Assembly (NCBI RefSeq): GCF_018977255.1
Contig: NW_024704990.1
Location: 1-64,000, forward strand
DNA: 64,000 nucleotides
Reading direction: 5' to 3'
Source: Callorhinchus milii
Lineage: Eukaryota
In this document: positions 49,401 through 59,870 of the stretch, piece by piece
Numbering within the stretch: the stretch's first letter is position 1
How the letters are laid out: each line of letters begins with the position of its first letter
Notes under the pieces: generated by a model
The model's input: only the letters and a program-made list of their open reading frames with translations
Told to the model about the DNA's origin: nothing
The model's database searches: none
Program-made: the position numbers and the translations under genes

Positions 49401-50040
49401 CCACGTTTCAGTCAAGGCCATGATATCAACGTTCTCATCAAGGATGAGATCGTTGATGACCAGGGCCTTGTTGCAGAGGGAGCGGACATTTTGCAGTCCG
49501 ATGTGGAGGGAGCGGTTGACAGAAGGCTGTGTGGGGAGGAAGGGGGGTCCAGGTTGTGAGGCAGGAGTGGGGGGAATGGGGATGAGGGAGGAGAGGTTGA
49601 CTCCCCGGGTCTGTGGCCGGGGTGGGTGGCGAGTGTGGTGGGGAATGGGGCAGTCGGTGTGGCTGCTGCTGGACAGCCAACGCCGAGTGCCACGGTGAGC
49701 CCGGCGGAGGATTCCCAGGCTGGAGCAGAGGGAGGTTGTGGGAGGGTCAAGTGGGGATAGAAGACGAGAAGGACGGAGAGAGAGGAGGAGAGAGCGGGAG
49801 AGATGCAGAGGGGGGAGGGTTTGGGGGGAGAGAGGAGGGGGGAGGGAGGGAGGGGGTGAGGGGGCTCGGGTCAAAGCGGCAGCCATAGTGCGCACGCGGG
49901 GACCGGGAGCGAGCGGTCAGGTGGATGGCATTATCCCGTAGATCGGGGCAGCGAACCCAGCAGGACCAGAGTGGGCTCTGATGTGAGCCCCGGGGGGGGG
50001 GGGCGCAGAGGGTTTTTTTTTTTTTTTTTTTTTTTTTGTG
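46473..50040 (-). mobile_element. Near-full-length single-ORF L2 non-LTR retrotransposon (APE endonuclease + RT)
   Basis: ORF from ATG 49886 encodes the APE ([27 protein letters not shown]) and RT ([31 protein letters not shown]). There is a 1-nt deletion at about 46828-46830, a stem-loop and an (AAC)n tail. The 5' boundary is uncertain. Confidence 0.93.
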
Positions 50041-51814
50041 CGCGCGCACGTACCTGAAAACTAATCTATGACGTCGCAGTTCCCCGCTCCGTCCCCTCCC
50101 CTGCCTACCTGCACTCGCTCCGGCGTCGAGTTTAAGTACCTGGGTCAGTACCTACGTCAGTAAACCAAAACAGTGGAATCTCCCCGTCCAACAAAGAAGC
50201 CAAGAGCCGAGCGTCACACACAAGATAGTTGATTAATGTTGGGATCTGATATCACAGCGCTGACTGGTTGTCCATGAACTCAACCCGAGTCCTCTCTACC
50301 AGGTCAGTTGGACTTTGTACATTCTGTGACACCTCTTGGAAAAGGAAAACAAGGTTTTGGCAATTTACTGGGTAAAAGTCCATAAGGTGATTGGAGTAAT
50401 ATCGTCAGACAGTCATGGAGCGTGGCACACCATATGCGATGAGCATCCCTACTTAACTCTCCTCATGATTACTGTCAACTGCAGGGATTCAGCAGTTAAT
50501 AATCTGTGCATTTGAAGTAACATCATACCACTTCTTGGAGACACTTCAAAGTACTTCTACGACGATGCTATGACTTGAATTGACAGTATATCTTGTGCAG
50601 CCAACTGCAGATTACAACATCCAACAAACAGTTGTGGATTCACTGACGAAATTATTAAAAAAATGTTCAAGGGATCAAGTACCCCAGAATAGTGATCTGC
50701 CAATTGACCTAGAAACGGTTACTTCACTGCTTGGTGTGGAGTAAGGAAATATGATTTGGAGAAATGCCACACTGATATTATTTCTAATTTAAAATCATAT
50801 TATTTTCTTGTCAGATGTCAACTCGTTTCTTCTCGCCTTGTCTTGGAGGAGTGTAACTGCCCTTAAATTTCACTGGGCTCCGTCTACAGCAGCCCTTGCC
50901 ATCCGGTTCCTCATCCAAATGATCACTTCATGTCTGACTTGAAACCACAAACCAGCACATCAAGACATTCCCGATCATTAAACTATTTGATCAACTACAA
51001 AGGCTGTGATTTCAGTAAATCTTGGGAATGGATGTTGTAAGGAATACTACTAGAAATGTGCTTAAAGCTGAATTTACACATATATTTTCCGTGAGCTCGA
51101 AGACAAATATGACTGGATCCAACATCCAAAGAATTTTGTAGGAGAGAGCTCCATATCTCCAAGACTATTTTTTTCACTCCAAAGTATATGATCTCTAATG
51201 ATACTGTTGTGCCACTCGTTCTAGATTCCCCCAATAGAGGATACAGTATTATTTTTTGGCTAGGAAATGCACAGTGAAATACATTTTGTGAAGCGCTTTG
51301 CGACTTAATTACCTAATAAGACATTTAGTCAAATAGAAGGATTATAATAATAATTAATTAATAATTAATCGGAATTGGAAGACGAAACAAGTGCGAGATC
51401 TATCCATTTCGTCTTCCCCCATCCTCGCATTCGCTTGCAATAATAATAGCGTGTAATATTCCAAATAACAGACCGTGAACCCAGGTTTCATTTTCTGAAG
51501 AATCCAATAATAATAAATAATTTCTGCTTCCACCATCATCCCATGGAGCCTGTTCCGTATTCTTATTACTCACTCCCTGAATTGGTGATTCCACAGATAT
51601 ATATTGAATATACCCCTCACCACTCCTCCATCGTACCGCACACAGGCACACACGCACTCACAGATTCTCAGACAAACACATACAGTGAAGCAATTGGTTT
51701 CAGAGTCAGCGCGAGTATCAATAGTATTGAGTGTTATATTAATATTAGTTTGCTGTAAATGCTGAGTATTAAGATGCTATCATTGATTATTGATCTGTGC
51801 AGGTCAGAGGGTGT

Positions 51815-51895
51815 GCGACACGTGATTCCCGTCAGTACTGCAGCTATTGGCCGTTTATCAAACCTCTGCCCCACTGGCACTTGTTAAATAGCGGT
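51815..51895 (+). promoter_or_regulatory. Putative VH promoter
   Basis: E-box CACGTG 51819-51824, reverse CCAAT (ATTGG) 51846-51850 and TATA-like TTAAATA 51884-51890, about 90 nt before the leader ATG. No ATGCAAAT/ATTTGCAT octamer seen. Confidence 0.5.
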
Positions 51896-51981
51896 CACTG
51901 GGGATTGTGGCTATCTGTCCGGCTGCTCTCTGTCTCTCCGTTATTCGACATAAGTCTCAGTCCTGAGAAGTGGCCAGAAAC

Positions 51982-52027
51982 ATGAAGTCCCTGATTTCTC
52001 TCAGTCTGCTGCTGGCTGTCTTCTCCC
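51982..52027 (+). CDS. IGHV: IgH leader exon
   Basis: Encodes MKSLISLSLLLAVFS, then C|gtgagt. Phase 1 joins the V exon, giving H-VQS. Confidence 0.9.
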
Positions 52028-52145
52028 GTGAGTACAGTTATTCTGACAGTGTCTCTGTTCCTGTGTGTAGGTATTATTCTCTCAGCAATATCCCAGAGAG
52101 AGGTGATTTCAGCATCATTCACCTTCGGTAATTTATTATTTACAG

Positions 52146-52448
52146 ATGTTCAATCCGGTGCGGTGATGACACAGCCGCCGACTCTCATCGGGAAAACCGT
52201 CCAGGCCCTGAGACTGACCTGTAGAATCAGCGGGTTTAATCTCGCCAACTACTGGATGCACTGGAAACGGCAGTTTCCCGGGAAGCAGCGGGAAAATTTC
52301 CTCGCTTATTTCAGCTCAAGCAACTACTTCGAGTCCGAGATTGAAAACCGCGTCACTGTCATCAAAGATACCTCCAAAAACATCTTCGATGTGATCATCA
52401 AAAGCCCGACAGTGGAGGATACAGCCACCTATTACTGTGGAGCAAGAT
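52146..52448 (+). CDS. IGHV: IgH V exon with VHH-like FR2
   Basis: tacag|AT GTT. Encodes VQSGAVMTQPPTLIGKTVQALRLTCRISGFNLANYWMHWKRQFPGKQRENFLAYFSSSNYFESEIENRVTVIKDTSKNIFDVIIKSPTVEDTATYYCGAR. Both Cys, the core Trp and DTATYYC are intact. Confidence 0.95.
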
Positions 52449-52487
52449 CACAGTAAGAGGAAATCTGGCTAAACCGCTACAAAAACA
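52449..52487 (+). promoter_or_regulatory. V 3' RSS (23-bp spacer)
   Basis: CACAGTA - 23 nt - ACAAAAACA. Confidence 0.92.
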
Positions 52488-52952
52488 GAAGGGGAGGAAA
52501 GCAGCCCCTCCCATCCTAAATAGACTGATGGACATCCACGGTGTCAATGCTTGTCTGCAGCCAAGTTTGAAGGAAAAGCTGAAGACGGATTTATTATCAG
52601 ATTAAACCGATACTGTAAATGCTTGTTTGATTGGTGTGAATGAGTTGCTTATTTGTGCTGTAATTTTCTGTGATTTCAGAAAGACAGTGACACTGTGCTG
52701 CTGAGCTGGGAAGGACTGCGATTGGAGACTATCTCTGTGACGATCCACAACCATCATCTGGTTTAAAGATGTTGGAAACAATTGTTTTCTGTTTCAGTGG
52801 GATATGAAGAACAACGGGACAAACTCTGTGTCATATCAGAGGAGAATAGTCCCTCTCAGTGAATTCTGCCATCCAGTATTGAGCTGACATTGGCGGCGGG
52901 GGAGTTGGGGGGGGGGGGGGTTTGGTAGGGCGGTGCGGTTGGGGCGAGATTC

Positions 52953-53030
52953 AGTATTTGTAAGGGAGTGTGTCACTGTGTATACAGTGGGTCACAATGC
53001 TGCGTACAGCAGCACCATCATACAAAAACC
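52953..53030 (+). other. IgH D1 segment (12-RSS / 22-RSS); coding 52981-52992 TATACAGTGGGT
   Basis: AGTATTTGT-12-CACTGTG | D | CACAATG-22-ACAAAAACC. The D resembles the shark D1 core TACAGTGGG. Confidence 0.92.
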
Positions 53031-53334
53031 CAAGACAGAGAAAATGATAAACCCCATCACCACTACGACATCAACAGCACCGATATACATGTGACTGAAA
53101 GTACATCATACTCTGAAATAACCTAATATGTATCAGATGTTTTCAGATTAATTGAGATTACAGGACGATATTGAAGACATTTGAGGACTGCTGATCAGCT
53201 TGATAAAGAATCGGATTCTCCAATACAAATAAGAATATATTCTGAATTAAATGTCAGGCGAGGCCTCGGTCTGAAATGAAGCTCAGATATTTCCTAAAAT
53301 TTTATGTCAAAATTGTTATTTCATCCGATGCAGG

Positions 53335-53403
53335 AGTTTGTGACCCAGAGTATATTATTGTGTATCTACCTGGACCACAGCATTAACTGTCAATACAAAA
53401 ACC
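53335..53403 (+). other. IgH D2 segment (12-RSS / 12-RSS); coding 53363-53375 TATCTACCTGGAC
   Basis: AGTTTGTGA-12-TATTGTG | D | CACAGCA-12-ACAAAAACC. Confidence 0.85.
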
Positions 53404-53737
53404 CTTAAACACCAGACCAGTTAATCTATCACTGCTACCTTGTGTGGGACCCTCAGAATGTGCGGGGATTTTGTATTTTTGAAATGGTGCAGAACACTGA
53501 GGATTTTACCAGATGTGTTAGACATAAAACGCCACATTTATCCTTCAATTCGTTGGTGAGAAAAATCCTTGCTTGGAAGCAACACTGAAAACTGTCAAAG
53601 ACACAAACGTTTGACAGTTAATCATAGAGCTCGGACAATATTTTCAGAAAAATACAGAAACGTATCGTGATCTGCGTTGTTTTGGGGAAGCCAACATTTA
53701 CAGTAATATTTTGTTTGTGAGCTCCGCCCGCACAGCA

Positions 53738-53823
53738 GGTTGTTACAGTGGGCAGCCACTGACTGTAGCACAGTGACTACGCAGACTACTGGGGACAAGG
53801 CACCAAGGTCACTGTGACTGACG
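53738..53823 (+). CDS. IGHJ: IgH J segment (coding 53776-53823) with 5' 22-RSS
   Basis: GGTTGTTAC-22-CACAGTG, then YADYWGQGTKVTVTD G|gtaagc (WGxG motif). Confidence 0.92.
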
Positions 53824-54732
53824 GTAAGCAACTGAAACTATCTCACTCAAAAGAATAGACGTCAATCTTAATTTATTGTATTCACTTTATCAGCTATTTA
53901 ATGTAATGAGTTCCAAGATGCCGGGCTAAATTAGAGAGCAATGCATGTTAATGGGGTTTAGCTGTTAATGCGTTCGACAGACACAGATCCTTTATGGATT
54001 ATACTCGAAATATTTAGTTCATTGATGGTGATTTTTCCGGTACTTTGTGAATATACAGCTGAAACTGATGGATTTTCTACAATGTCTCATTGCGGTTAAT
54101 GGCAGCTACTGAGTCTCTTGTGTAATGTTGTGAGGAATTGTATAAAATTGTTTGAAACTATGCCCAAGTTTTGGGAATCAGGGCCTGAATGTTGTGGGAT
54201 GAGTGACGGGAAGGTTACGTTATCGCTACACAAACAGGAAAACATTAGCTCAGTCTTCATTGTGTTTGTTTTTAGCAGCGATTGGGTCAACATGACCTCA
54301 ATTTCTCACAGTGTTCAGTGACAAAAGAGGTCGGTGTTGAACTGTAATTATCAGCATCATCATTTAAACTCACTTTTCTGCGGGAAAGTTTAAGATTACA
54401 CTATATTTCTGCAAAATCTTAAAATATAAATATCTCGCATTGTTTATTATTAGTTGTGTATTCGGATCTCAGAAGTGAACAAAGACTGTTTGTTTATAAA
54501 TATACTTTTCAATTTATTTGTAACTAACAAGAATGTGGTCGTGGAGCATCAACCAGGAAACAGAACATAGATGCCAGCTCCAGTTGCTATACAATGTTAA
54601 TACCGGCCTCTGTATGTCTGCCTCGGTGACAATGCTAGAGCATATCAACAGGATATTCAACTGTTACACCAGAAATGTAACACAATTCAGGGTAATTCAG
54701 AAATTGAAGCAAAGCAGAATGTTATCCATTCT

Positions 54733-55100
54733 GAGTGTCCTGTAGCTCAGTGTTTAGAGCAAACGCCGCAAAAGCGAGAGGACCTGGGTTTGATTCCCAG
54801 GCTGCGCGAAACCTTAGGTAAGTTTCCTCAGTCCACACAAAAACACCCCTGTTTGCTTAGCAGTAAGTGGGAACTTGCCTGTTAGTCGATTATCGGATTG
54901 CTTGTCCGGGTGTAATAATCGCTTCGAAATAATAATAATGCAAACCTAGTCACTCAATCCACGACTGTTTGTGAGACGCTGCTGTGTGTGGAAATAGAAA
55001 TAGAGTAAAGTAACTTTGCAGTATATATTGTGTACCGATTTGAGAACTCTCGATGATGTGATAAGGCGCTGTATCAAATACAAAGAATATTATTATTATA
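54733..55100 (+). mobile_element. Diverged long-subfamily SINE in the J-C intron
   Basis: TCCTGTAGCTCAGTG head, core and AAGGCGCTGTATCAAAT...(ATT)n tail. Confidence 0.75.
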
Positions 55101-56102
55101 TTTCGAAATATGAATGTAAACTTGCTTTACTGCTGCAATGCAATGCAGCGTCATTGAAAGCAAACCCCCGGACACCGACTTCTGTCGTTATTTAACCTTT
55201 TCGGTGCAGCTGTGAGAGAACAGTACTCTAAAAGTGCCTATTCCTGTGTCTCTATTTGGGGCTGGGAAGCAGTTTTTGCAAGTTCCGCTGATCATAATCC
55301 CCAATCAGACATGATTCCGAAAGGCTTGTGCTCAGCACGACACAAATTAGAGTCCTTCATTTCTCATGTAAACACTGAGCATTATATGATCTCTACAGTT
55401 TAGCAGTTAAAAATTTAGCAGGAACCAACATTCGTCAAAAGTCAAACAAATATTTTTACCCAGAAAATATGTGGTCAATTGACTTCACAGTGTACTAAAT
55501 GAAGAGAAATGTCTCGAAGAAGTGATAAGGCGCTATTCCAATCGCACGATTTTTTATTATTAGCATAAATAATTAATATACTATTTTAAAACCAAACAGC
55601 GGCTGTCAGGTGGTAAATTGTGTGCGGCGATTCTGTACCTAATCTGAAAGTTTAGTTTAGGCGATTCTGTACCTAATCTGATTGTTTTAATCAATGTCAG
55701 AAACTTAATGATTCACGCTTAAAGTTTTCCGACGATTGTATTAACATGAGATTAACATTAAGATTTTCCGCAGGTCTCAATAATCTTGAAATAAGTATCT
55801 ATTGGCAATCTAAATAGAAAATTTGGAAATTCGAGCAAAATTTTAATTTCAGCCACTTTTCTAAATTAATCTTGAAACAAAGTTACTCGGATGAAAACCA
55901 GTAAATATCTGAGTGCTTTAGGCATTATTTTCAGGCATTGTTTCATGAAACAATATCTGTGAGTTTATATTTAAATTGTTGCAATATTGAGACGTGATCT
56001 TTCGTTAAAGCTTGCATCTTTTTTATTTAAATGGGAATCTTCTATGAAAAGAGAAAATCAATACAGATTGGCAAAAAGTGCCCTGGTGGGTGCGGAGGGA
56101 GG

Positions 56103-56145
<43 letters not shown>

Positions 56146-56215
56146 CCTTCTCTTTCGAATTGCGAATCTTCAACGTCCAACTGAAGGCAAACTGGGCCTT
56201 GGTTTAAGCCTCAAT

Positions 56216-56370
56216 NNNNNNNNNNNNNNNNNNNNNNNNNNNNNNNNNNNNNNNNNNNNNNNNNNNNNNNNNNNNNNNNNNNNNNNNNNNNNNNNNNNNN
56301 NNNNNNNNNNNNNNNNNNNNNNNNNNNNNNNNNNNNNNNNNNNNNNNNNNNNNNNNNNNNNNNNNNNNNN
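56216..56370. other. Assembly gap (155 N) in the J-C intron
   Basis: N run. Relevant because it could hide sequence if its size is underestimated. Confidence 0.95.
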
Positions 56371-57021
56371 TGGATTCGTACATATATACAAAGAAAGCTG
56401 CGATTGCCTGATCATATTCTCTTCATTGCACGAGAGCTGCTTGACCCGGAGATGAAGGACAAATATGAACGGGATAGATATCACTTCACCTGATTCAGTT
56501 GGACGTGGAAAGACATAGGAAAGCTGAATGATACGCAACAGGCCGGGGAGAATAGAAGAGTTTACCACTCCAAGAACACTGTAGAGTTTAGTGCAGCATA
56601 AAGTGATTGAAGAGATTGCAATATTTATGTTTCTAAAGATAGCTTTATACTGGGGACGTCGAAAGAGATAAGTTAACAAGACGTATGTATCCACATAATG
56701 GTTCAGATCAATGTTTGCTTCTATATTAATATCAATTGCACACAACGAAACATATTTTCACAAAAAATCTAACTTGTTATTTAATTTAAAATTACTTACT
56801 TGTTGAATATTTAATGTAACATAATGTAGGTTATATATTTTTAATCCTTGTAAAGGTAAGAAAGATAAGTGATCTTGACTGGGAAGATTGAAATTGTCAG
56901 TGAGTGAGAGGTATCCAGATCACGGCTCAGATTAAAGCCTGTTTCAATATTAATATCAATTTCACACAAGAATATATATTTCCATCGAGCAAAACAATAT
57001 CAATCATTTAATGTACTACAG

Positions 57022-57351
57022 ATAATATGCCACCTGTACCGTCGCCCCCAGTTGTTATTCTCACACAGTCTTCCCCTGAAGACATCGTAATGCACAACTT
57101 GGTCACTGCTGTCTGCTTCGTATCTGGGTTCCATCCGGACAAACTCAGTGTTAAATGGCTGAAGGATTGGCAGTCCATCACCTCAGGTGTGGTGAACTAT
57201 CCTTCGGTTAAAGAAGACAACGGTACATTCAGCACCAACAGCCGCCTGACTGTCCCCGCCAGTGAGTGGAGGAATGGCACTGTGTACACCTGCCAGGTGT
57301 CCCATGAACCCACCCAGACCATCATTGCCAAGAACATCACCAAGTCCTCAG
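57022..57351 (+). CDS. IGHM: First constant exon, Cmu2-like (not CH1)
   Basis: tacag|AT AAT...TCA G|gtagg. Encodes NMPPVPSPPVVILTQSSPEDIVMHNLVTAVCFVSGFHPDKLSVKWLKDWQSITSGVVNYPSVKEDNGTFSTNSRLTVPASEWRNGTVYTCQVSHEPTQTIIAKNITKSS. VILTQSS, FHP, WLKD, NGTFS and SRLTVPA are shark Cmu2 signatures. Confidence 0.9.
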
Positions 57352-57522
57352 GTAGGAGCCACAGCAACAGCTGATACATATTGCAACAGTTTTGCTTTCA
57401 TGTCTGCGTTCAGCTCACCCAGAACCTGAGAATATTCAAGGATAATCTTTCTTTAACTTGTCGAATATGAAATTCTGGATATTGACTGCTATTTGTGTTT
57501 CTAAGTTTCCTTTCTTTTCTAG

Positions 57523-57834
57523 AATGCGAGAATCCCTCTGGAGGTGTCAAGATCTATTTGCTGCCACCTGCACAACGCCAAGTTTTGATGGAATCCTCTG
57601 TAACGTTAACATGTGTAGTGGCTAATGCACCACTTCACGTCAACGTGACTTGGACATAAGAAAATACACATTTACAGTCTGGATATGTGAATCCCTCTGC
57701 CACTGATCCTCAGGAAGTAATCAGTAAATTAAACATTTCTACAGAAGCCTGGAACAGTGGGAAGTAATTCTTCTGTATAGCCAGCCATGGTGGTATGCGG
57801 ACCCCCATCAGAGAACAGATATTTAAGAAGATAG
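57523..57834 (+). pseudogene. IGHM: Cmu3-like exon with two in-frame TAA stops (57657-57659, 57765-57767)
   Basis: ttctag|AA TGC...ATA G|gtgagc. Encodes [101 protein letters not shown]. Confidence 0.92.
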
Positions 57835-58236
57835 GTGAGCAGACATGTTTCAGGAAATAAATGATTTTTGTTAATATTTAATTTCAGATTGTAGGCCACA
57901 AATCAATACAAAAATGTGAAAAAATAGTAAACTGTCGGTGTGTAGATCATCCCCCTTTTATAGAGGCCAGAAAAATATATAGGTCTACGTTTTTTGTACA
58001 AAATCTCACACGAATACTATCCAAAATAATCTAATCATTATATCTGTGGCATGTTTATGCAGGTCCTCTGGGATTTAAGGTCCCCACATCTAAACCGTTG
58101 GTCATCGGGTGCAAATAATAGTAATGTTAAGCGGTTTCAATCCACACGAGTGTTCCCAGTCACACGAACTTGTATTTCAAAGTTTTCACGGATTGAACCC
58201 TATCAGTGTATTGATTTGAATGTGTTCTTCCCACAG

Positions 58237-58628
58237 TTGAGCACACGAAACAACCTTCAGTGTATCTCCTCCTGCCTTCGGCAGAAGAATTGGCTGCTCA
58301 GCCGTCTGTCACCCTCACCTGCTTGGTGAAGAACTTCGCTCCCAAAGAGATATTTGTGCAGTGGACTGTGAATGACCAAGTGATTGATTCCAGTAACTAC
58401 CAGAACACTGATGTGATGGCAGATAGTGCGAGTCGCAACTACTCCACGTACAGCATGTTGTCCATTTCAGCCGAAGATTGGGACAGAGGAAACTCCTACT
58501 CCTGTGTGGTCGGACATGAAACTTTCCCACTGAAGACCCTGACCAGATCCGTTAATAAATTCAGCGGTAAAACGAGTTTTGTAAATATTTCCGTTGTTTT
58601 GAAGGACACCGTGAATGCTTGTGAATGA
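58237..58628 (+). CDS. IGHM: Cmu4 exon plus secretory tailpiece (membrane-form donor after 58566)
   Basis: acag|TT GAG. Encodes EHTKQPSVYLLLPSAEE...TCLVKNF...YSCVVGHETFPLKTLTRSVNKFS G|gtaaa. Tail GKTSFVNISVVLKDTVNACE* has an N-glycosylation site and a penultimate Cys. Confidence 0.95.
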
Positions 58629-58717
58629 GAGTCGCTCAATACTATTTTGCTTATTCTTTAGTGCACCCGCCTCCCTAACATTGCATTTTCAATTTGTTTT
58701 CATGAAAAACTGACTCA

Positions 58718-58723
58718 AATAAA
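58718..58723 (+). terminator. Poly(A) signal of the secreted form
   Basis: AATAAA 90 nt after the tailpiece stop. Confidence 0.65.
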
Positions 58724-59244
58724 GATCATTATTGTATTGATGATTCAGCTACATAGGGGATGATTTACAATTAATTACGTTGACAATTTCTATAGTAAAG
58801 AGAGAAACACCCTTTCATTGAGGCTTTCTTACCGTCAAGTTATTGGAACATTCAGTTTGGTTTGGATGCTCCCAAGCACGATGATGGGTTTCCTCACGTA
58901 TCGGATACCTGCCTGACTCCCGAAAAAGTTAACAGCATAGTCCCAAATCATCCGTCATCACTTCCTACAATCCAACCTCAAACTGGATTTTTTTTCCTGG
59001 TTGACTTAGAATTGCACAGGACATCAACACTTGTTAATTTCCAATATAGTTGCTTTTTCACTGAGTAACGTCGCATTGGCACGTAACAACAACTCTGATG
59101 TATACTATAGCCTTCCTCCTACATTTACGTTAGAAGCAAACACGTCTTACACAGAAAGAGATTCAGATGAATACGTTTCATTTAAACATGCTTAGCCATG
59201 CATTTACATTATAAACAAAGACTTTTGTTAATATTCGCATCCAT

Positions 59245-59870
59245 TCACAATCACACACGCACATAACCACACAGCCATACACACATTTAAACACACTCAT
59301 ACGTCCACCAAAACTCACCCACAAACATTCACATCCACTCAGGCCACTCATTCGCTCATTCTCTCAGGCCCAAACACACCCACTCACAGTCACACATGCA
59401 CCCAGGTCCACACACACGTACACACACACACATCCACCCAGGAGCACACACACATACTCACATCCACCCAAGGCCATACACACTACCACACACTGACACA
59501 TCCAACCAATCTTAAACAGAGTCACACATATTAACAACATCCCAGGCCCACACCATCACATAAACACACTTTTGACCAGGTCCACACATGCTTACACACA
59601 AATATCCATCATGCCCCACACACGTTTACACGCACTCACTTCCATTCAGGCTCAAACGCATTCACCCAGGCCGGCAAACTCACACACAAACTCACATATA
59701 TATAAATACACACTGAAACAGTGAAATCGCACAGGACCCACACACACTGTCACAAATTGAATTCCGTCCAGTCCCACACACAATCACCCAAGCCAATACA
59801 CCCACACACACGAACACGCAGGCCACTCAGACGCACACACAGTCCCACCCTCCCAGGACCACACACAATC
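59245..59870. repeat. AC-rich low-complexity sequence
   Basis: Degenerate CACA/CATCCAC/CCCAGG repeats. Confidence 0.75.

Noticed and set aside
55625-55682. 22-bp direct repeat GGCGATTCTGTACCTAATCTGA in the J-C intron as an enhancer or switch element
   Set aside because: Only two copies with no known motif, and cartilaginous-fish clusters lack canonical switch regions.
56170-56745. 191-aa - strand ORF in the J-C intron
   Set aside because: It spans an N gap, has no recognisable motif or Ig fold, and is antisense to the Ig gene.
52146-58628. Assignment to IgNAR, IgW or TCR-delta/NAR-TCR
   Set aside because: The V keeps a full VH-length FR2-CDR2, there are two D segments, and the C exons, tailpiece and TM are IgM-like.
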